From Bacteroidia bacterium (GTDB lineage Bacteria; Bacteroidota; Bacteroidia; UKL13-3): 31,072 bases of DNA. The notes under the pieces are model-generated. The model searched no databases. It was not told the DNA's origin and worked only from the letters and a program-made list of their open reading frames with translations. Position numbers and translations under genes: made by a program. The DNA is taken from positions 1 through 31,072 of the forward strand of contig JBILPP010000001.1 of the NCBI GenBank assembly GCA_044373765.1, in the 5' to 3' direction. Below are positions 27,785-31,072 of this stretch, one piece after another; position 1 is the stretch's first letter; the number at the start of each line of letters is the position of its first letter.

Positions 27785-29221
27785 TTAAACGCGGCTTTGC
27801 AATAGTTGTTTTAATTGTTGAATATGTATCAAACGTGTAATAAATAACATTATTATGGCGCATCCAATGGCACTTCCAATGGTAACACTTAGGTTTATTC
27901 CCCGATTATGGGCTAATCCCACACATATAGTAACCACAGCCAAAACTGCAAAAAACCTTAATAGGTAACTGGGGTCAAGCTTTATTTTAAGGTTTTTAAT
28001 TGCAAAATACATGTTGGTTATTGCGATAAAACTATGCGTAAAAACTGCAGATAATGCTGCTCCCTTGGCACCTAATTGTGGCTGCAGAAATAAATTAACG
28101 GTTAGGTTTATGACCAAAGCCGTTGCTGCAAGCTTGTTAAGTAAAGATATGTTTCCATTGGCAGTTAACAATGTACCAAAAATATACATCACACACATTG
28201 CTACAAAACTAATCATTACATATTTAAATACATGTCCTGACTCTACTGGGCTGGTTTTGCTTAATAGCATCATCACATCCATGTGGTAAAACCAAGAAAT
28301 TGCGGCTACACCAACTGCTGGTAAAATTAAAAGTGTCATACTCATTTTAATTAAACTGCTTAAATCTTGCTTACTTTTAATCATGTTAGAGAATAAAGGC
28401 AGCAACATACCGGCAAGTAAAACAGCAAGCATATTTGCTGCTTCCAATAAACGATTAGCAACAGCATAAACACCATTTTGTTCATCACCATTTGGCAGTA
28501 ACTTCTTCATCATTAAAATATCAGCACGCATGTAAAAAGTCATTAACAAAGCTAGTAAGGCATATGGCCATGATTGGCGTATCATACTCCACATCATTAC
28601 TTTTTTAAAGTTAAGCTTAACACCTTGTAGTGGCTTTTTTAATACCCAAAAAGAAATTATAAATGAGGCAGAATAACCGAGTGACTGGGATAAAATGAAG
28701 TGTTCAATCGAGAAATTACCATTGTATAACAACATTAACATAATGGCAAAAAATATCATCATGCCTCTGTCGGTTACCGATAAAAAGGCATCGGTTTTAA
28801 ATAATTGTAAACCACTAATATTAGCCCTAAAAAACAAAATGAAAAATGCTAAAACCTGATTTAGTGCCAACAATAATAAAAACCAGAGTTGCTTTCCAAC
28901 AACACCAAACAAAAATCCGAAGCAAAATGTAACAACAAGGTATGCTAATGCAAAAACTAATTTTAAGGGAAACAATGAGGCAAACCTTTTGCTAAGTAAT
29001 TGATTATGCTTAGCGATAAATGAACTGGTATAATTGTTAATGCCAAAATCTAACAGCATGGTAAACATTAAGGATATGTTGAACATAACCATATAAGCCC
29101 CATATATATCATTACCTACTGTGTTCTGAACAGTTCTGTCGATACCCAGAATCCAAAATGGTTTTATGAGCAGATTTATTGCTACAAGTAAAAACACATT
29201 TATTAAAATTTTTTTCGACAT
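27785..29221 (-). CDS. Wzx-type oligosaccharide flippase (MOP superfamily)
   Basis: About 12-14 TM segments; NLLIKPFWIL, YGAYMVMF, LLDFGIN, GVYAVANRLLE, PQLGAKGAALS. Start moved to MSKKILIN (ATG 29221). Confidence 0.82.
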   Translation of the reverse strand: MSKKILINVFLLVAINLLIKPFWILGIDRTVQNTVGNDIYGAYMVMFNISLMFTMLLDFGINNYTSSFIAKHNQLLSKRFASLFPLKLVFALAYLVVTFCFGFLFGVVGKQLWFLLLLALNQVLAFFILFFRANISGLQLFKTDAFLSVTDRGMMIFFAIMLMLLYNGNFSIEHFILSQSLGYSASFIISFWVLKKPLQGVKLNFKKVMMWSMIRQSWPYALLALLMTFYMRADILMMKKLLPNGDEQNGVYAVANRLLEAANMLAVLLAGMLLPLFSNMIKSKQDLSSLIKMSMTLLILPAVGVAAISWFYHMDVMMLLSKTSPVESGHVFKYVMISFVAMCVMYIFGTLLTANGNISLLNKLAATALVINLTVNLFLQPQLGAKGAALSAVFTHSFIAITNMYFAIKNLKIKLDPSYLLRFFAVLAVVTICVGLAHNRGINLSVTIGSAIGCAIIMLFITRLIHIQQLKQLLQSRV

Positions 29222-29301
29222 CTGGATGCGGCCTGTTGATATTAATTGTTTATTTGTGTACAATAATAATTATTACAAGCACATTTAGTCCTATTAATTT
29301 T

Positions 29302-30432
29302 ATGCGAATAGCCGTTAATGCGCGATTTTTACTTGCCAATAAACTAGAAGGTATTGGCAGGTTTACATACGAGACCATGCAGCGCATAACGCGTAACCAC
29401 CCCGAACACGAATTTATTTTTTTGTTTGACAGGCCATACGACAAAGAGTTTGTATTTGCCAGTAACGTGATACCAGTTGTATTATACCCTCAGGCCCGTC
29501 ATCCGTTTTTATATTATTGGTTCTTTAATTTATCTGTAACCAAGGCATTAGCAAAATACAAAGCCGATGTTTTTGTAAGTACAGACGGATATTTAAGTTT
29601 ACGCACGAATGTACCTCAATTGGCAGTTATGCACGATTTAGCTTTTTTGCATTTTAAACAAGGTATAAATAAACTAGAGTATAAATATTACACCTACTTC
29701 TTTCCTAAATACGCTCGCAAAGCGGCTAGATTGGTTGCTGTTTCTAATTATACTAAACAAGATATTATTACGCAATTCAATATCAACCCAAATAAAATTG
29801 ATGTTGTTTACAATGCGCCTAGTATAGGTTTTGAGCCTATAAGCGAAACGCAGAAAAACGAAATCAAACAAAAGTACACCAATGGACAATCCTATTTTTG
29901 CTATGTAGGTGCTATGCATCCGCGTAAAAATATTGAAACATTACTCAAGGCATTTGATGCTTATAAATCATCAACACAAAATAATTTTAAACTCGTTATA
30001 GTAGGCCGCAAGGCATGGCAAAGTAAAAATATTGAAGAAACCTATAACAACTTAAAATACCAAGCTGACATCATTTTTACAGGCAGGGTAACAGAAGGCG
30101 ATTTATACCACATTACGGCTGCTGCTTATGCCATGGTATATATTCCGTATTTCGAAGGATTTGGATTACCAATTGTAGAAGCTATGGCCTGTAATGTTCC
30201 GGTAATTACTTCGAACATCACATCTATGCCCGAAGTTGCAGGAGAAGCTGGGGTGCTGGTTTCACCGTATGACGTAAAACAGGTAACTGATGCCATGATT
30301 AAACTAACTAACAACCAAGATTTTTATCAGCAAAAAACACTTGCAAGTGCCAAACGGAAACTTGATTTTAGTTGGGATGATTCTGCACTAAAATTTTGGG
30401 ACAGTATTATGCATGCGGCATCATTAAAATAA
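29302..30432 (+). CDS. Glycosyltransferase family 4 (GT-B fold)
   Basis: [43 protein letters not shown], and EX7E motif [14 protein letters not shown]. Start moved to ATG 29302. Confidence 0.9.
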   Translation: MRIAVNARFLLANKLEGIGRFTYETMQRITRNHPEHEFIFLFDRPYDKEFVFASNVIPVVLYPQARHPFLYYWFFNLSVTKALAKYKADVFVSTDGYLSLRTNVPQLAVMHDLAFLHFKQGINKLEYKYYTYFFPKYARKAARLVAVSNYTKQDIITQFNINPNKIDVVYNAPSIGFEPISETQKNEIKQKYTNGQSYFCYVGAMHPRKNIETLLKAFDAYKSSTQNNFKLVIVGRKAWQSKNIEETYNNLKYQADIIFTGRVTEGDLYHITAAAYAMVYIPYFEGFGLPIVEAMACNVPVITSNITSMPEVAGEAGVLVSPYDVKQVTDAMIKLTNNQDFYQQKTLASAKRKLDFSWDDSALKFWDSIMHAASLK

Positions 30433-30454
30433 TATACAAATAAACCTCACACTT

Positions 30455-31072
30455 ATGAAGTCAGATATTGAAATTTCTCGCGAAGCAAAATTAAAACCGA
30501 TTCAACAAATTGCTGATGAATTAAACATTAATGCTGATTATGTTATACCCTATGGTAAAACAAAAGCTAAATTAGAATTGAATGTTTTGAACGAAACCAA
30601 TATCAATAAGAACAATTTGATTTTGGTTACTGCCATTTCGCCAACCAAAGCGGGCGTAGGTAAAACGGTAACAACTGTTAGCGCCAGTTTAGGTTTAAAT
30701 AAAATTGGTAAAAAGTGTATTGCCGCCTTGCGTGAGCCTTCGCTTGGACCTGTTTTTGGCATGAAAGGTGGAGCAGCAGGTGGAGGCTATGCGCAAGTTT
30801 TGCCCATGGAAGATATTAACTTACATTTTACAGGTGATTTCCATGCCATAACTACTGCTAATAATACCATTGCTGCATTATTAGACAATTATCAATATAA
30901 CAATTTAAATAGCGAAAACGCACTTAAACAAATTACGTGGAAACGTGTGCTGGATGTAAACGACAGAAGTTTACGTTTTGTAACAACAGGCTTGGGAGGC
31001 CGCACCAATGGTATCCCTCAAGAAACAGGTTTTGATATTACACCTGCCAGCGAGATTATGGCGGCTTTGTGC
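30455..31072 (+). CDS. fhs: Formate--tetrahydrofolate ligase, partial (runs off the window end; not in the ORF track)
   Basis: Hand translation gives [10 protein letters not shown]...PYGKTKAK...[13 protein letters not shown]...[42 protein letters not shown]...[12 protein letters not shown]. Confidence 0.95.
   Translation, partial: MKSDIEISREAKLKPIQQIADELNINADYVIPYGKTKAKLELNVLNETNINKNNLILVTAISPTKAGVGKTVTTVSASLGLNKIGKKCIAALREPSLGPVFGMKGGAAGGGYAQVLPMEDINLHFTGDFHAITTANNTIAALLDNYQYNNLNSENALKQITWKRVLDVNDRSLRFVTTGLGGRTNGIPQETGFDITPASEIMAALC

Noticed and set aside
23835-29301. ORF-track N-terminal extensions of yceD, the ald-like gene, wzz, wzx and the GT4
   Set aside because: The TTG starts for yceD, ald-like and wzz fall inside promoter motifs, and the wzx and GT4 extensions overlap each other. 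Downstream ATGs match the family N-termini better.
1510-30762. The many other 60-155 aa ORFs in the track that overlap assigned genes (e.g. 5737-6072, 10114-10581, 21734-22084, 23943-24254, 24438-24782, 26319-26627)
   Set aside because: All are nested in or antisense to confident genes, with no family motifs and no independent promoter evidence.

Overview
An AT-rich housekeeping window from a Bacteroidota genome. The assignment rests on protein signatures, rpsL-rpsG-fusA running straight into rpsJ with no tuf, and repeated TTG-N(18-21)-TAnnTT(T/C)G promoter motifs. Most of the window is the minus-strand str/S10/spc/alpha ribosomal supercluster (rpsL to rplQ, with secY, infA, rpoA and an rpmJ missing from the ORF track). 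Upstream of it is a yceD-rpmF-plsX-fabH-accB-accC operon. On the left are a DUF3109 gene and a probably 5'-truncated outer-membrane beta-barrel fusion. On the right are an alanine-dehydrogenase-like gene, a wzx-wzz-O-antigen ligase/polymerase module, a GT4 glycosyltransferase and a partial fhs (also missing from the ORF track). I see no mobile elements, CRISPR arrays, tRNA or rRNA genes, and no convincing novel multi-gene system. The best leads are regulatory or enzymatic: a perfect Shine-Dalgarno sequence before rplF in a phylum that largely does not use SD; a structured 149-nt rpsN-rpsH spacer with an embedded promoter; a terminator-like hairpin between accB and accC; and an Ald paralog lacking two canonical catalytic/substrate-binding residues. 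All protein calls come from motif recognition by eye; no database searches were run.
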